Shown: one piece after another, positions 40,078-49,443 of the stretch
How the letters are laid out: every line of letters begins with the position of its first letter
Position numbering within the stretch: the stretch's first letter is position 1
Assembly: GCA_013002065.1 (NCBI GenBank)
Contig: JABDKT010000096.1
Location: 1 to 61,991 of the forward strand
Direction of reading: 5' to 3'
Length of the DNA: 61,991 bases
DNA from: Flavobacteriaceae bacterium
GTDB lineage: Bacteria; Bacteroidota; Bacteroidia; Flavobacteriales; Flavobacteriaceae
Notes under the pieces: model-generated
What the model was told of the DNA's origin: nothing
The model's input: the letters and a program-made list of their open reading frames with translations, nothing else
Database searches by the model: none
Made by a program: the position numbers and the translations under genes

Positions 40078-41889
40078 ATGGGACTTGTAAATGCAAAAGA
40101 AGTTGCAAAGGCAATTAAGGTCGATAATTTCGGTTTTTTGGGCACTTCTTTAGGATGGATTTTGATGAAAGTTCTGAAGATTTCCACCATGAACAAGATT
40201 TACGACAAGCATAAACACTTGAGTGATCTTGAATTTATGAACGCCTTGTTAAACGAGTTTGAAATCAAATTCGAAATCCCCGAAGAAGACTTAAAACGTA
40301 TTCCGAAATCGGGCCCGTTTATCACAATTTCCAATCATCCTTTAGGTGGAATCGACGGTATTTTATTGCTGAAACTGCTTTTGGAACATCGCCCCGATTT
40401 TAAAATTATAGCCAATTTTCTCTTGCATCGCATCGAACCGTTGAAGCCTTATGTCATGCCTGTTAACCCTTTCGAAAGCCATAAGGATGCCAAGAGCAGT
40501 GTGATGGGTTTTAAATCGGCTTTACAACATCTTCGAGATGATCACCCACTTGGAATTTTCCCGGCAGGTGAAGTTTCAACCTACCGTGACGATAAATTAT
40601 TAGTGGATAAACCCTGGGAAGTGGCTGCCATGAAATTGGTAAAGAAAGCCGAAGTGCCAGTAGTTCCTATATATTTCCATGCAAAGAATAGCAAGTTATT
40701 TTACCGACTCGCAAAAATTAGCGATACGCTTCGTACGGCCAAGTTGCCTTCGGAATTGCTCACTCAAAAAGAAAGAGTGATTAAAGTGAGGATAGGGAAT
40801 GCTATTTCGGTTAAGGATCAGGCCGAACATGAAAGTTTAGATGATTTCACCGAATTTCTTCGGAAGAAAACCTATGTGTTATCGAATCCTTTTCAGAAGA
40901 AAAAATTGTTGGAAAACATTCCGAAGACATTAAAAATTCCCAAACCTGTAAAGAAGATAGCTGGTCCTGTTTCTGTGGAGGCGATGGAGACCGAAATAGA
41001 AACCTTAAGGCAACAAGATAAGCGACTGCTCATCAGTAAAAATTACGAAGTGTTTTTGGCACCTGCCGAAGCGATGCCCAACGTACTTCAGGAAATAGGT
41101 CGCTTGCGAGAAATTACATTCCGGGCAGTTGGTGAAGGGACCAATCGTGCCACCGATTTGGACGAATATGATTCCTATTATCACCATATGTTTCTTTGGG
41201 ATAATGATGCGAAATTGATCGCAGGGGCATACCGAATGGGGCTTGGATCGAAAATATACGAGCGTTATGGTATCGACGGTTTCTATCTTCAAAGTCTTTT
41301 CCGATTTGAGCCGGAACTGTACGACATGATGAGTAAGTCGATAGAGATGGGAAGAGCGTTTATTATAAAAGATTACCAGCAACGACCTATGCCATTGTTC
41401 CTGCTATGGAAAGGAATTGTTCATACTACTTTGCGTTTCCCACAACATAAGTTTTTAATAGGCGGAGTGAGTATTAGCAATCAATTTTCTGAATTCTCCA
41501 AATCGCTCATGATCGAGTTTATGAAGTCCAACTATTACGATCCGTATGTGGCGCAATACATCCACCCAAAAAAGGAGTATAAGGTAAAACTCAAAGATGC
41601 CGATAAAGATTTCTTTTTTGATGAAAGCGAGGCGGACCTCAACAAGTTTGACAAGCTTATCGATGAGGTAGAACCGGGAAGTCTGCGATTACCGGTTTTA
41701 ATAAAGAAATACATCAAGCAAAACGCTAAAGTAGTCGCCTTTAATGTCGATCCCATGTTCAATAATGCCGTGGATGGCTTAATGTACATCCGTATTGCCG
41801 ATCTTCCCGAAAGTACTGTAAAACCTGTAATGGAGGAGTTTCAAGCCGAGCTTGAAAAGAAGTATTTGAACCGTAGCGAAGAAGAGTAA
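40078..41889 (+). CDS. Bifunctional PlsC-type acyltransferase + GNAT (OlsF-like amino-lipid synthase)
   Basis: NHPLGGIDG (HX4D) and IFPAGEV in the N-half; EIGRLREITFR..GEG..DLDEYD, GAYR, EMGRAF in the C-half. Confidence 0.82.
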   Translation: MGLVNAKEVAKAIKVDNFGFLGTSLGWILMKVLKISTMNKIYDKHKHLSDLEFMNALLNEFEIKFEIPEEDLKRIPKSGPFITISNHPLGGIDGILLLKLLLEHRPDFKIIANFLLHRIEPLKPYVMPVNPFESHKDAKSSVMGFKSALQHLRDDHPLGIFPAGEVSTYRDDKLLVDKPWEVAAMKLVKKAEVPVVPIYFHAKNSKLFYRLAKISDTLRTAKLPSELLTQKERVIKVRIGNAISVKDQAEHESLDDFTEFLRKKTYVLSNPFQKKKLLENIPKTLKIPKPVKKIAGPVSVEAMETEIETLRQQDKRLLISKNYEVFLAPAEAMPNVLQEIGRLREITFRAVGEGTNRATDLDEYDSYYHHMFLWDNDAKLIAGAYRMGLGSKIYERYGIDGFYLQSLFRFEPELYDMMSKSIEMGRAFIIKDYQQRPMPLFLLWKGIVHTTLRFPQHKFLIGGVSISNQFSEFSKSLMIEFMKSNYYDPYVAQYIHPKKEYKVKLKDADKDFFFDESEADLNKFDKLIDEVEPGSLRLPVLIKKYIKQNAKVVAFNVDPMFNNAVDGLMYIRIADLPESTVKPVMEEFQAELEKKYLNRSEEE

Positions 41890-41891
41890 AG

Positions 41892-42875
41892 TTATAACTC
41901 CAATACCCGATTTTTACCCGCAATATTATACCCGCTTTTTATAGTAGTTTGGTATGCTCCAGAAGTCGAGTCTAACACCGGATTGGTATGATTGAAATGA
42001 ATAAAATGTATTTTTTGTTTTTCTGAAAGAGGCAATGAGTTAAACCTTTGCATACTTTCGATCATAAAGGGATGAGGTATTTCTGAAATATCTCTGGTGT
42101 TTATCTCTTCACCATCATAAAAAGTAGCGTCTAAAAACGCATAATCGACTTCCCTGATTACTTCGGAAATGTTATTTTTCCATTTGGACCATTTATCAAT
42201 ATCTGGTATGAATAATACTTTTTTTGAAGGTCCTCGAATGATATAACCGACCGTTTCGGAATATTCGTCTCTATGTGGAACTAAAATTGGGGTAACACGG
42301 ATGTTTGAAGTGAGTGATACCTCGATACTGTCGTTCATCGGTTTAATTTCGATGTTTTCATTAACTACGAGTTGACTCCATGGGCCGTTATCTTCGAGGA
42401 AAATTTTCATTCGTGGCATTGTGTAAACTGGGATTTTATGTGCGTTCGTTGCTTCCTTTCCCAAATACATAAGTCCGCTATAATGACCTATATGGGCATG
42501 GGTTAGAAAGATGCCATTTGGGAGTTCGTTTTCAGAAGAAGAAAAATGTTTTAGTTTTTTTACTTGAGTTGGGAAATCGGGGGTTGCCTCAAATACATAC
42601 GATTTATTATTCTCATGGTCCACCAGTCCTAAGGAAACAACTTTTCTGTTGGGGTCTGGTTGATCAAATAATTTTTCACAGCATTCTTTTTTGCAGGCAA
42701 TGTGCGGTGAGCCCGCATCTTGAATCGTTCCTAGAACTATGAGACTTACTGTACTTCGAGGTTGAGGTGTTACTTCTGAAATCTCGGACGCTACTTCATT
42801 TGAGTCTTTACACGAAATGATGAAACTCAGAATTAGAAAGAATAGAAACTGTTGAATGGAAAAGGGGTTAATCAT
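41892..42875 (-). CDS. Metallo-beta-lactamase-fold hydrolase (PqqB/PhnP-like), predicted lipoprotein
   Basis: LGTIQDAGSPH..C...CC, LTHAHIGHY, VPHRDEYSET, HFNHTNP; lipobox-like FIIS-C. Confidence 0.82.
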   Translation of the reverse strand: MINPFSIQQFLFFLILSFIISCKDSNEVASEISEVTPQPRSTVSLIVLGTIQDAGSPHIACKKECCEKLFDQPDPNRKVVSLGLVDHENNKSYVFEATPDFPTQVKKLKHFSSSENELPNGIFLTHAHIGHYSGLMYLGKEATNAHKIPVYTMPRMKIFLEDNGPWSQLVVNENIEIKPMNDSIEVSLTSNIRVTPILVPHRDEYSETVGYIIRGPSKKVLFIPDIDKWSKWKNNISEVIREVDYAFLDATFYDGEEINTRDISEIPHPFMIESMQRFNSLPLSEKQKIHFIHFNHTNPVLDSTSGAYQTTIKSGYNIAGKNRVLEL

Positions 42876-43953
42876 TTAAGAATTGTGTAAGCAATGAATG
42901 AAAATGATGCACTCCTTGTTCTCTGGTTGGCGAAAACCGTCCGGTTGAATAATATCTGGATTTTAAGCCCTTGTGAACTCCTTCCACTACAAATTCATCT
43001 TCTCTCTCTACCTTGTCTAACAAAGCGCCGGCACCACTGTGAAACTTTGTCTCGTCGTATAAGTAAGTAATGAAAGACACCTTAGTTTTCTCCATATTTA
43101 TGGGCTTTACTATGTTAATGGAGAGACCCCAGGGATAGAAGTTAAACATCATATTCGGGAAGACCCAATAATAATAGGCAGCCACACTTTTACCGTGATC
43201 TATATGACCTTCGGGTAAATCGAAAACTTCTTCGGCGCTCGAAGAATAACCAATTTGTACGTTACAATGTTCGTAAAGCTCGGTGGTATAGTTACCATAG
43301 TCCAAAACTGCGTTTAAATCGGCATGAACAAATGGTATATGAAAACCCTCTAAATAATTATCGCAGTAAAGTGCCCAGTGGCAATTCACCAGATAATCTT
43401 TGCTCAAATCTTTTCTTAATTTAAATTCTTCGAGGGGTAAAAATCCCACTCTTTGTTCCATGATTTCTAAAACGTCGGTAAAATCGAAGGCAGGTTCAAG
43501 ACCTACAAATAGATGTTGTCCCCATTTTCTCACTCCGAACTTTTTTAAATGATCACAATCTCTGGGAAAGTCTTTTGCATCTTCAAATTCGGGCATGGAT
43601 TTAAAGGTGCCGTCTAGGGCAAATCGCCTGCCGTGATACATGCAAAGAAGATTGGTGTTTTTTCCGGGATGCTGAACCACCAAATTACCACGGTGGGTAC
43701 AAACGTTGCTAAGGCAATGAATTTCGTCATTTTCATCGCGACTCAAAACCAATGGTTCTGCTAGATAATTTTCCAAAAGCAAAAAAGGATGGGACATATT
43801 ACTTAGCGGTACCAAACCATCATCTCCTACCCATTGCCAGGTTTTGGCGAATATTTTTTCACGAATCGCATCAAAAACTTCTGTGTTTCGGTAGAATTCG
43901 GCGGGCAATGTTTCGGCCTGAGAAATGTTGGGATGGATGGTGTATTTTTTCAT
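42868..43953 (-). CDS. Rieske non-heme iron oxygenase alpha subunit (choline-monooxygenase-like)
   Basis: NVCTHRG...CMYHG, DNYLEGFHIPFVH, ED..VVEGVHKG. Confidence 0.88.
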   Translation of the reverse strand: MKKYTIHPNISQAETLPAEFYRNTEVFDAIREKIFAKTWQWVGDDGLVPLSNMSHPFLLLENYLAEPLVLSRDENDEIHCLSNVCTHRGNLVVQHPGKNTNLLCMYHGRRFALDGTFKSMPEFEDAKDFPRDCDHLKKFGVRKWGQHLFVGLEPAFDFTDVLEIMEQRVGFLPLEEFKLRKDLSKDYLVNCHWALYCDNYLEGFHIPFVHADLNAVLDYGNYTTELYEHCNVQIGYSSSAEEVFDLPEGHIDHGKSVAAYYYWVFPNMMFNFYPWGLSINIVKPINMEKTKVSFITYLYDETKFHSGAGALLDKVEREDEFVVEGVHKGLKSRYYSTGRFSPTREQGVHHFHSLLTQFLND

Positions 43954-45359
43954 GATTTCCTGCGCTTTAAATAATAGAAAAGCAATCCAATTGCGATTAA
44001 AGTTACGGTAGTTCCCACTATTTTAATAATAAAAAGTGGTTTGTTAGTGACTATTTCCGAAGGAATCACTGCCAGTGCGACCGATAAAAGTATGACCATG
44101 AGTCCTAAAATTGAAACAATCCAAACAGAGATTTTGTAGCGCTCGAATAGAGGAACGCCTCCTTTACCACCCGTGTTTCTTACATTGTGTTTCAGTAGGG
44201 ATGCGAACATATACAAAAACGGAATAAAGTACAATAATACCGACATGTCGTACAAAAATGAATAAGCATCTTGTACCAATGTTCCCGAAATCGCAATCCC
44301 TAAAAGTATCGAAATAATAACCCCTTGCACCAATAATGAAATGTAGGGAGTACCGTATTTTGGGTGAATTTTACCCAAGGCGGCGGGCAAATATTTATCA
44401 AGGCCAATAACGAAAGGAAGTCGTGCGGTTCCGGTGGTCCAAGAGGCAAACAATCCTAATGTGCTTATAGTTACCAAAATGGCGCCAATTACTCCCAAAA
44501 ACGGCCAGGAAGTCTTTTCATTGAGCACAAAAAAGGTTTGTGCGATTCCGTCAACAATATTAAGTTCTCCTTGTGGAATAACGCTCAATAGTGAAAAAGT
44601 TCCCACACAATAAAGTATGCTTATAATTATTCCTGAAATGATAATGGAACGGACAATATTGCGCTTGGGATTTCGAATTTCGCCAGACATGACCGAGGAG
44701 AGTTCGAGTCCGCCAAACGAAAAAGTAATGGCCGCGAAAAAAGGAAGGATTCCAAAATCTGAAAAATCAGGGATCAATTTTTCCGAAGAAAACGGCTGAG
44801 CACTGCCATAATTAATCACGTAGTAAATCGCGACGATAAGAAGTAGTAAGAATAAGATCCAAAGTGAGATAGCTCCGATATTTTGTATCCACTTTCCAAA
44901 TTTTAGCCCGTAAATGTTTAAGATAATCGTGAACCATAGTACTGCCCACGAGATGACACCTGCTACCCAAAAATTTTCCTTGAGGTATAAATAATCGTCG
45001 CCAAATATGTATAATCCCGACAAAACAATAGTTAATAAAATAGCCGGAAACCAAACAATGTTACTCAGCCAATAACACCAGGCCGCCACGAATCCATGCC
45101 ATTCGCCAAATGCTTTTTTGGTCCAGTTATAAAACCCTCCTTCTCCCGGGACACGAGCATTTAGATCGGAGACCATAAGTCCGCTGGGAATTAAATAACA
45201 AATCATCGCTAAAATCCATAGTGGGAAACTAGCCCAACCAAATTGTGCCGCCTGAGTGAGCGAGGATAATCCTACCACACAGGCAATATTGAGTAGGACC
45301 AAATCCCTTAATCCTAAGGCTTTTTTGAGTTTAGGAGGATTGTTTTCGGCGGGCGTCAT
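43950..45359 (-). CDS. APC-family amino acid/amine permease
   Basis: PGEGGFYNW...AFG, FSFGGLE...SGEI.NPKRN, HPKYGTP; 12 TM helices. Confidence 0.9.
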   Translation of the reverse strand: MTPAENNPPKLKKALGLRDLVLLNIACVVGLSSLTQAAQFGWASFPLWILAMICYLIPSGLMVSDLNARVPGEGGFYNWTKKAFGEWHGFVAAWCYWLSNIVWFPAILLTIVLSGLYIFGDDYLYLKENFWVAGVISWAVLWFTIILNIYGLKFGKWIQNIGAISLWILFLLLLIVAIYYVINYGSAQPFSSEKLIPDFSDFGILPFFAAITFSFGGLELSSVMSGEIRNPKRNIVRSIIISGIIISILYCVGTFSLLSVIPQGELNIVDGIAQTFFVLNEKTSWPFLGVIGAILVTISTLGLFASWTTGTARLPFVIGLDKYLPAALGKIHPKYGTPYISLLVQGVIISILLGIAISGTLVQDAYSFLYDMSVLLYFIPFLYMFASLLKHNVRNTGGKGGVPLFERYKISVWIVSILGLMVILLSVALAVIPSEIVTNKPLFIIKIVGTTVTLIAIGLLFYYLKRRKS

Positions 45360-45368
45360 GTAGCGAAG

Positions 45369-45893
45369 CTACGAATTTAATACGGTAAGATATTGTGGCC
45401 AGGGGCCAACCTCATCTTTGTACTGTTTTGCCATTACGCGGGAAATTTGAACGATATGTCCTAAATCGTGTACCACCCAGGCCGAAAGTACTTGAGATAG
45501 GGTTACGGGTCCCAATTCCGGGTGAATACCTTGCATTTGAAGTTGCTCCTTGGTAAGATTTAATTCACGCAGTTCTTTCATATTGGATTGGCGGAGAGAT
45601 TCGAATTCATCGAGCAATTGCTGCATACTTTTCCCTTTACTTAATTCAAATTGAGCGAAACGATCGTAGGGGTCGAAGGTTTTATTTTCTGAAGTGCTGA
45701 GAATAATTTTAATTCTAGGGAGCCAGTCGGTTTCCTCCCCATGTACTAAATGACCAATAACATCGTAAGGGCTCCAGGTTTCCGGCCCTTCGTTTTGAGC
45801 CGTCCATGCGTCCGAAAGACCCTCGAGTAATGATTTCATCACTTTTGGCGTTCGTTCCAAAACAGAAATTGATTCTGAGAGCTTAAATTTCAT
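45369..45893 (-). CDS. DinB-family protein
   Basis: WSPYDVIGHLVHGE..DW, HPELG.VT, WVVHDLGHIVQI. Confidence 0.88.
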   Translation of the reverse strand: MKFKLSESISVLERTPKVMKSLLEGLSDAWTAQNEGPETWSPYDVIGHLVHGEETDWLPRIKIILSTSENKTFDPYDRFAQFELSKGKSMQQLLDEFESLRQSNMKELRELNLTKEQLQMQGIHPELGPVTLSQVLSAWVVHDLGHIVQISRVMAKQYKDEVGPWPQYLTVLNS

Positions 45894-45901
45894 GACTTAT
45901 T

Positions 45902-46366
45902 TTAACGCACTAATATTTCCGAAGAAGTACTTGTACTTGAAATTTTATATTGAAATAATTCGGAATAATCCATAATGGAAGGGATGCCTTCGAGATCACA
46001 GAGTTTTTCTACTGTTTTGCATAAGCCTTGAAACAACAAGTCTTTGTCTAACTGGGCAAAAGGTTTTTTGGAATAAGGCCCGAGAGGGACTTCATAACCG
46101 CAACCTTTCAGAAAAGCAACTTCTATTTCGAGCAATTCTTGTGGTGAATAACCGTTGAAAGTTCTGCCAATTCGCTGATGAACCAACCCAACATAATTGA
46201 GGTTTAGGGAGCCATGTTCATTTGATAATTGCTTCCAGGAATCGGTTTGATCCAAAATGTTGCCAACCGCACAATGCTTACAGCATTCTGGGTTAAGTTC
46301 GTCATTGTGGAATGCCTCATACAATTTCTGAACGGCGGTTTCGAATCTATTATTTCTTTTCATCAC
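45902..46366 (-). CDS. Conserved hypothetical protein with a CCxxC motif
   Basis: LYEAFH..ELNPECCKHCAVGNI, GYSP.EL..IE..FL.GC. Confidence 0.75.
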   Translation of the reverse strand: MMKRNNRFETAVQKLYEAFHNDELNPECCKHCAVGNILDQTDSWKQLSNEHGSLNLNYVGLVHQRIGRTFNGYSPQELLEIEVAFLKGCGYEVPLGPYSKKPFAQLDKDLLFQGLCKTVEKLCDLEGIPSIMDYSELFQYKISSTSTSSEILVR

Positions 46367-46437
46367 AACTCTTCATTAATTACTGAAAAGGTACGAAAAA
46401 TTCAAATTGACCGGAATAGTTTAACAGTCGTCACTTA

Positions 46438-47871
46438 TCAAAACTGAAAATAGATAAACTGTTCGCCACTTCCTTGTGATATTATGATAGCAAAGAAAAG
46501 GAATGCCCAGAATATTCCGAATACCCATGGATTGACTTTAGTTGACATTTCTTTCATACTAGTATTTCTCATGATCCAATGACAAATAAAAAGCAGCGTT
46601 ATTACGATGCTTACTTTTAAAATGTCAATGTATTGCAAAATCTTTTCACCGTCCTCATTCATAAAAAACATTGAAGTGATTAGATTCTTGGCGGTACCAA
46701 ATTCTCGAGCTCTAAAAAACACCCAGGTTATATTTACGCAGGTATACGTAAGTAGTGCGAGTAAGATTCCATTCCAGGCATTGATTTTTATCTTCACCAC
46801 GTTTTTCAATAATCGTTCTATGATCAAATAACTTCCATGTAGTGCACCCCAAACGACGAAAGTCCAAGCTGCGCCATGCCACAAACCACCTAAGAGCATG
46901 GTTAATACGAGAGCCACGTACATTCTGGTAATACCGTGCCTGTTACCTCCCAGCGGAATATAGAGATAGTCTCGAAGCCAACTGGATAAAGAGATATGCC
47001 ATCGCCTCCACAAGTCTGAAAACCCAATGGAAGCATAAGGATATTTGAAATTGTCTGGCAAAATTATACCTAGCATTAGCGCGATTCCAATCGCACATGT
47101 AGAGTACCCTGCAAAATCGAAAAATATTTGACCCGAGAATGCCAAAGTACCCATCCAGGCATCAACGCTATTGAGAATATCCTTGGCTCCAAAAACGTCG
47201 TCGGCGGTGCCGGATAGTAGCGTATCTGCCAGAACCACCTTCTGAAATAATCCAATGGTTAATAAGAATAGTCCCCAGAGAAACTGCTTCACTGTGGCTT
47301 TTTTAGGCTCGTAAAATTGTGTGATAAGATCTTTTGCCCTAACAATAGGTCCAGCCACCAATTGAGGAAAGAAGGTGACGTACAATGCAAAATCCAGAAA
47401 GGTTCTTGCCGGTTCGATTCCTGTGTATGGCTTGGTCTTTTTATAGTACATATCGATAGTGTACGACATGGTTTGAAATGTATAGAATGAAATCCCCATT
47501 GGTAATATTATGTCCATGGGTAATGGCTTGAAGTCCCATCCAATTGCATTCACTAGAAGTGTAAAATTTTCCAAAAGGAAATTTCCATACTTAAAAAATG
47601 CCAAGAAGCCGAGGTTGACGAACATACTCAATAGCAGCCATAGTTTCCTTTTTCTTTGATTCTCGATAACGGCCAATTTTCTTCCTGCCGTCCAGTCGAC
47701 TACCGTCGATATCCATAATAGGACCACTAGAGGTGGATTCCAGAGTCCATAGAACACATAACTCGCAAGGAGCAACATTCTCTTTTTATTGGTCCAATTG
47801 AATATTTTGGAATAGTAAAGTGTCAAAACTATTACCAAAAACACTATGAAACTTAATGAGTTGAATAGCAT
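46438..47871 (-). CDS. MBOAT O-acyltransferase (AlgI/PatA/DltB-like)
   Basis: LPMGISFYTFQ, FFPQLVAGPI, FFDFAGYS, WRRWHISLS.WLRDYLYIPLGG, GLWHGA, terminal FIYFQF. Confidence 0.93.
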   Translation of the reverse strand: MLFNSLSFIVFLVIVLTLYYSKIFNWTNKKRMLLLASYVFYGLWNPPLVVLLWISTVVDWTAGRKLAVIENQRKRKLWLLLSMFVNLGFLAFFKYGNFLLENFTLLVNAIGWDFKPLPMDIILPMGISFYTFQTMSYTIDMYYKKTKPYTGIEPARTFLDFALYVTFFPQLVAGPIVRAKDLITQFYEPKKATVKQFLWGLFLLTIGLFQKVVLADTLLSGTADDVFGAKDILNSVDAWMGTLAFSGQIFFDFAGYSTCAIGIALMLGIILPDNFKYPYASIGFSDLWRRWHISLSSWLRDYLYIPLGGNRHGITRMYVALVLTMLLGGLWHGAAWTFVVWGALHGSYLIIERLLKNVVKIKINAWNGILLALLTYTCVNITWVFFRAREFGTAKNLITSMFFMNEDGEKILQYIDILKVSIVITLLFICHWIMRNTSMKEMSTKVNPWVFGIFWAFLFFAIIISQGSGEQFIYFQF

Positions 47872-47873
47872 GG

Positions 47874-48911
47874 TTAGTTGGTTTTAGCTTGAGTTAATAC
47901 GCCATCTTCTTTCATGATTTTTATTAGTTCTGCAGTAAAGAAGTCTGCGTCTTCCTTAGACAAATGTGACCATTCGGGAAGATTTAGGTTTTGAAATTGC
48001 GGATAATCATCATAATGATAGCCAGGTATTTTCGAGGTATTTACTAGCGAATCCCAAAATCGAGCCCTTGGAAGCCCATTGGCTTCCATTTCTTTAAAAA
48101 ACCCATCTGAAGGGCATCGGACCAGAATAATTGATCCGCCTTCTTTTTGATATTGGTTGGCATATTTCAGAAAGAATTCGGTCGTCGAATTTTTATCCGG
48201 AGGAGGCATATCTCGACTAAAAATACTTTGCCAGACCTTTTTAACCGTGTTTGCAAATGCCGTATCGGTTGTGGTTTTGGCACTCATTTCAACATTTCGA
48301 TCGAGAGAGGTTTTTTCAAAATTATTAAAGGGAGCTTCTCTAGGACCCGCTCTCTCTCCAAGTTTGATATGGCGCAGCAATGTTTTGAGATCTACGTCGT
48401 CATCCCAACTTTCGTCGGTGGCCATGATAAACGCTAGATTGTTTTGAAGCGGAACCGACAAATGTTGATTGATTCTTTGCGCATAGGTTCGGCTATAATA
48501 GTGATCTAACCGCGATTGAGCTCTTTTTATTGGAGATGCCTGAGGAAAAGTAGTTGAGAAAAATAGACCGGGCGTAATACCCACTATAAGGGGCCCTCTG
48601 TATTCAGTATTTTCAACAATATCTTTAAAAATTGGCAATGGGGAAGATCCCTGATAGGCTAACATTACTGGTTCTGTGCCCGTTTGTTCTCTCCAAATAT
48701 CCAGCTGGATATCGAAAAGGATACGGGAAGATCCAATAAAAACCACTTCATCTCCATTCGGCTTTTCAAGTTTAGCTCTTTGCTGAGCCCAGAGTTCTTT
48801 ATTGTCGTCGAGATTGGGCTCTACTCCCTGAGAACGCCAGTAAAATTCCCATGCTATAACTAATATTAATCCCAATGTAAGTGCAACGAAAAAGGATTTC
48901 TTTAGATTCAT
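47874..48911 (-). CDS. Membrane-anchored SGNH-like protein (AlgJ/DltD-type partner of the MBOAT)
   Basis: N-terminal TM, FIGSSR nucleophile block, C-terminal EWSHL; ends 2 nt before the MBOAT start. Confidence 0.72.
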   Translation of the reverse strand: MNLKKSFFVALTLGLILVIAWEFYWRSQGVEPNLDDNKELWAQQRAKLEKPNGDEVVFIGSSRILFDIQLDIWREQTGTEPVMLAYQGSSPLPIFKDIVENTEYRGPLIVGITPGLFFSTTFPQASPIKRAQSRLDHYYSRTYAQRINQHLSVPLQNNLAFIMATDESWDDDVDLKTLLRHIKLGERAGPREAPFNNFEKTSLDRNVEMSAKTTTDTAFANTVKKVWQSIFSRDMPPPDKNSTTEFFLKYANQYQKEGGSIILVRCPSDGFFKEMEANGLPRARFWDSLVNTSKIPGYHYDDYPQFQNLNLPEWSHLSKEDADFFTAELIKIMKEDGVLTQAKTN

Positions 48912-49077
48912 ATAAACGTTTTGTGTTTTACTAGACTAAATAGGGTAATGCCTGCAGAGATGGGTAGTACCAATGAAAATAAAAAGGGAGAAGAAAAACA
49001 TGGATATGAAATATTTCTCTTCAATAGAAAAGTGACATTGGTTGGTTAGTTTATTTAAAGATATGAAATTAAAGTAA

Positions 49078-49440
49078 TTAACTTAAAAGAAGGGTAAGAA
49101 TAGCCAAGAGCGCTGGCAAGCCCTGAACAAAAAATATCTTCTTGCTTGCCGTGAGCGCACCGAAGATACCGGCAATAGCAACACAGATTAAGAAAAATAA
49201 GGCGACGTTGGTTTGCCACTGCACATCTTTTATAAAGAATGACCATATAAGTCCGGCAGCGAGAAATCCGTTGTACAATCCCTGATTCGCAGCCATAGGT
49301 TTTGTGGGCTCAAAGAGTTCTTTTGGGAAACTTCGAAATACCTTTCTACCTCTGGTAGTCCAGGCAAACATTTCGAACCAAAGAATATAAATATGAAGGA
49401 CGGCAATAAAGCCGATTAAAATTTGAGCTGCGAGCGACAT
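49078..49440 (-). CDS. DUF1304 family membrane protein
   Basis: HIYILWFEMFAW, ANQGLYNGFLAAGL, IFFVQGLPA. Confidence 0.88.
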   Translation of the reverse strand: MSLAAQILIGFIAVLHIYILWFEMFAWTTRGRKVFRSFPKELFEPTKPMAANQGLYNGFLAAGLIWSFFIKDVQWQTNVALFFLICVAIAGIFGALTASKKIFFVQGLPALLAILTLLLS

Positions 49441-49443
49441 GCC

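Noticed and set aside
41892-42875. PQQ biosynthesis locus
   Set aside because: Only a PqqB-like fold is present; there is no pqqA, C, D or E, and the protein appears to be a lipoprotein.
48908-49024. Possible 38-aa hydrophobic ORF (minus strand, TTG start) whose stop overlaps the SGNH gene ATG; DltX-like?
   Set aside because: Weak start and no Tyr motif, which is already fused to the MBOAT. It could be chance in T-rich DNA and needs conservation or ribosome-profiling data.
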